A stretch of 63,980 nt of DNA, counting the filler, from a bacterium (GTDB lineage Bacteria > UBA9089 > CG2-30-40-21 > SBAY01): NCBI GenBank assembly GCA_040757115.1. It is 24 parts of 24 records of this genome, joined end to end, with 100 filler letters (N's around TTAATTAATTAA, not from the genome) between each part and the next. Parts side by side here need not be neighbours in the genome. Positions count along the whole stretch, not along the records: positions 60,798 to 62,341 come from JBFLYA010000427.1; positions 62,442 to 63,980 come from JBFLYA010000428.1; 22 more parts are not named here. The stretch is one strand, 5' to 3'. The position numbers and the translations under genes were made by a program. The notes below the pieces were generated by a model that was not told the origin of the DNA, searched no databases, and saw only the letters and a program-made list of their open reading frames with translations. Below are positions 61,393 through 63,980 of the stretch, in pieces; the first letter of the stretch is position 1, and every line of letters begins with the position of its first letter.

Positions 61393-61803
61393 ATGGATTT
61401 GCTCAGACCTGAAATTAAAGAAATCCTGTCTATGTTAGAGGAGAGAGGAAGAATTAAAGAGGTGGTAAGAGACCATCCGGGGATCAATGTTAATATCTTC
61501 AACATACCTGTAGCCATAGACACCTCTTCCCCGATAACTCAAGAACCAATTGACCCAAAGATGACTGTTCTTAAAGAAAAAGAGGCATACCTTAAGATGG
61601 AAAAGGAACTTATTGAAAAGTATCAAGGGAAATTTGTTGCGCTCTTAAATGGCGAAGTGGTTGGAGTTGGTGAAGATGAGATAGAATTGGCGATGAGGAT
61701 TTATAAAGAAAAGGGGTATGTGCCAATGTATATAGGTCAAGTTGGTGTTAAGGAACAGGTTTTTCGAGTTCCCTCGCCAAGGATTAAGAAAGAGGTAGTA
61801 TGA
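61393..61803 (+). CDS. DUF5678-like protein
   Basis: ELIEKYQGKFVALLNGEVVGVGED...YIGQVG pattern. Confidence 0.75.
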   Translation: MDLLRPEIKEILSMLEERGRIKEVVRDHPGINVNIFNIPVAIDTSSPITQEPIDPKMTVLKEKEAYLKMEKELIEKYQGKFVALLNGEVVGVGEDEIELAMRIYKEKGYVPMYIGQVGVKEQVFRVPSPRIKKEVV

Positions 61804-62216
61804 TGGAATACAAGTATGCTCCTGATTTTTATCCACCTGCTCCAGTTTTAGATGTAGAGGTCACTGATCCTCTTCAAACAAAGAAGAATCAAAGGATAAA
61901 ATGTCAACTGGATACAGGAGCAGATATAACCGTCATCCCAAATAAAACCATCTCTTCATTAAGAATTCCCTTAATTAAGGTTATTCCTGTGGAAGACTAT
62001 CAAGGCAAAACAGAAGATAAAGAGGTCTATCTTGCCAGGATATTCTTTTGTAACCGTGAATTCATCGTCAAAATTGTAGCAACACCAGAGGATACAGGTC
62101 TTATTGGAAGGGATATATTGAATCAATGGATTATTCTATTAGATGGGCAAGAAGAGCGATTTAGTCTAACCCAGAAGGTTTGGAGGCTCTGGAACTTGTT
62201 AATTACAAAAACTTGA
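61800..62216 (+). CDS. Retropepsin-like aspartic protease
   Basis: PPAPVL, QLDTGADIT and LIGRDILN motifs. ATGA overlap with the upstream gene. Confidence 0.88.
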   Translation: MMEYKYAPDFYPPAPVLDVEVTDPLQTKKNQRIKCQLDTGADITVIPNKTISSLRIPLIKVIPVEDYQGKTEDKEVYLARIFFCNREFIVKIVATPEDTGLIGRDILNQWIILLDGQEERFSLTQKVWRLWNLLITKT

Positions 62217-62452
62217 GGATAAAAACAGATGAATGCTAAAGAGATATTTTTAGATTTAGTAAGTAAAGTAGTAAAAGGACAAGTTTCCTTAGATGAGGCA
62301 ATAGCAGAAGTTCATAGTCAAAGGATAAAACCCTGGCTGGANNNNNNNNNNNNNNNNNNNNNNNNNNNNNNNNNNNNNNNNNNNNTTAATTAATTAANNN
62401 NNNNNNNNNNNNNNNNNNNNNNNNNNNNNNNNNNNNNNNNNGATTTGATAGA

Positions 62453-63835
62453 GTGTATATTTTGAACGATACCATTGCCGCTATTTCTACACCTTTAGGA
62501 GAAGGTGGAATTGGTATTGTGAGATTAAGTGGTAAAAAGGCGATAGAAATAGCAGATAAGATATTTAAAGGTAAAAACCGGATTTCTGAATTTACAACTC
62601 ATACCATCCATTATGGGAAAATAGTTGAAGCAAACAGCAAAGAGGTAATTGATACAGTTCTTCTTTGTGTGATGCGAGCTCCAAAGACTTATACCTGTGA
62701 GGATGTAATTGAAATTAATGCACACGGCGGAATTGTTTCCTTAAACCGAATTTTAGAAACAGTTTTATCTCTGGGTGCACGGTTGGCACTACCAGGTGAA
62801 TTTACTAAACGAGCATTTTTAAATGGCAGAATTGACCTGTCCCAGGCTGAAGCAGTTGTAGAATTAATTCGAGCTAAAACAGACCTTGCCGCTAAATTTG
62901 CCCTTTCTCAACTATCAGGTAACCTCTACCATGAAATATCCAATCTCCGTAACCAGATTATCTCTTTATTAGCCGAGATTGAAGCGTCGATTGACTTTTA
63001 TGAAGAAGATATTGAATTATTGCCTAACACGGAAATTTTAAACAGATTAAATGAAACTAAAACAAAGATTGAGGAATTGATTGACAGTGCTAAATATGGC
63101 AAGGTGTTACAACAAGGAGTAATAACCACGATTATTGGTCGTCCTAATGTGGGTAAATCAAGTCTATTAAATGCTTTGGTTGGACAACCAAGAGCCATTG
63201 TAACTCATATTCCGGGCACAACGCGAGATACGATTGAAGAAACAATTGACATCGAAGGTATTCCTTTAAAGGTGGTCGATACTGCAGGTTTACGGCATAC
63301 TGTTGATATTGTTGAAGAACAAGGTGTCCAACGAGCAAAAAAGGCTTTAAAGCTGGCTGATTTAATTATGTTTGTGATGGATGGTTCTGAAAATATTACT
63401 CAGGATGACCTGATAATTATGGATGAACTAAAAAATAAACAGACCATCATCATTATCAATAAATTTGATTTGCCGCAACTTATTGAAATCGACAAGGTTA
63501 AAAACTATTTACCCGATAAACCCATCATAAATCTTTGTGCCACCCAGCAATTGGGGTTAAATGAGCTAAAAAAGAAAATTAAGGAAATATTTCTTGCGGG
63601 TAAAATATTATCAACTGATGCTCCTCTCATTACCAATATCCGGCATAAAGAGGCACTTATATCCTGCCTTAAGAATATAAATTCGGCTATCAAGTCAATT
63701 GAGAATAATCTTTCTTTTGAATTTAGTTCGGTTGACCTGCGAGAATCACTGGATAATCTTGGATTAATAATCGGTGAGACTGTTACTGAAGATATCTTGA
63801 ATGAGATATTTTCAAAATTTTGCATCGGGAAGTAA
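62453..63835 (+). CDS. mnmE: tRNA modification GTPase MnmE
   Basis: DTIAAIST, GRPNVGKSS, GTTRD, DTAG and C-terminal FCIGK. Confidence 0.98.
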   Translation: MYILNDTIAAISTPLGEGGIGIVRLSGKKAIEIADKIFKGKNRISEFTTHTIHYGKIVEANSKEVIDTVLLCVMRAPKTYTCEDVIEINAHGGIVSLNRILETVLSLGARLALPGEFTKRAFLNGRIDLSQAEAVVELIRAKTDLAAKFALSQLSGNLYHEISNLRNQIISLLAEIEASIDFYEEDIELLPNTEILNRLNETKTKIEELIDSAKYGKVLQQGVITTIIGRPNVGKSSLLNALVGQPRAIVTHIPGTTRDTIEETIDIEGIPLKVVDTAGLRHTVDIVEEQGVQRAKKALKLADLIMFVMDGSENITQDDLIIMDELKNKQTIIIINKFDLPQLIEIDKVKNYLPDKPIINLCATQQLGLNELKKKIKEIFLAGKILSTDAPLITNIRHKEALISCLKNINSAIKSIENNLSFEFSSVDLRESLDNLGLIIGETVTEDILNEIFSKFCIGK

Positions 63836-63980
63836 GCCAGTGAAAAGAAAATGGTAACCGTTCAGCCACAGAGGCACAGAGTTCACAGAGAATTAGAGAA
63901 ATTAGCCACAAATGGACACGAATTAACCTGTGACATTCGATAAATGTAGTGCGAACCTTATGGTTTTTGCAAAATTAACT

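Noticed and set aside
1-63980. tRNA, rRNA, integron integrase or prophage genes
   Set aside because: None was recognised by eye. A covariance-model search would be needed to exclude small RNAs.

Overview
This window is not one continuous locus. It is about 24 contigs of an AT-rich bacterial draft genome or MAG joined by 23 artificial 100-nt linkers (N-run, TTAATTAATTAA, N-run), so gene neighbourhoods are valid only within a contig. Housekeeping genes include ccsA, a sirC/cysG-type gene, rnfA, rnfB, asd, purD, leuB, murF, panB, hppA (partial), dnaE (5' end), mnmE and an asp23-amaP-DUF2273 operon. The one long contig (5996-29312) encodes secreted Kelch/DUF11/Ig-like proteins, four GT-C/Wzy_C-type membrane glycosylation enzymes and a duplicated LolA-like + lipase pair. 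Three things stand out. (1) Two integron-cassette fragments with ~130-bp attC sites carry HicAB, MazEF and retropepsin-like protease cassettes. (2) A translationally coupled pair of a DUF5678-like gene and a retropepsin-like protease gene occurs twice, once as an integron cassette, and may be an uncharacterised toxin-antitoxin or defence module. (3) Several families of miniature inverted-repeat elements have exact target-site duplications, nest inside one another, apparently move as composites, and carry GxxExxY-nuclease and four-helix-bundle gene remnants as cargo. All family assignments come from motif recognition by eye, not from database searches.
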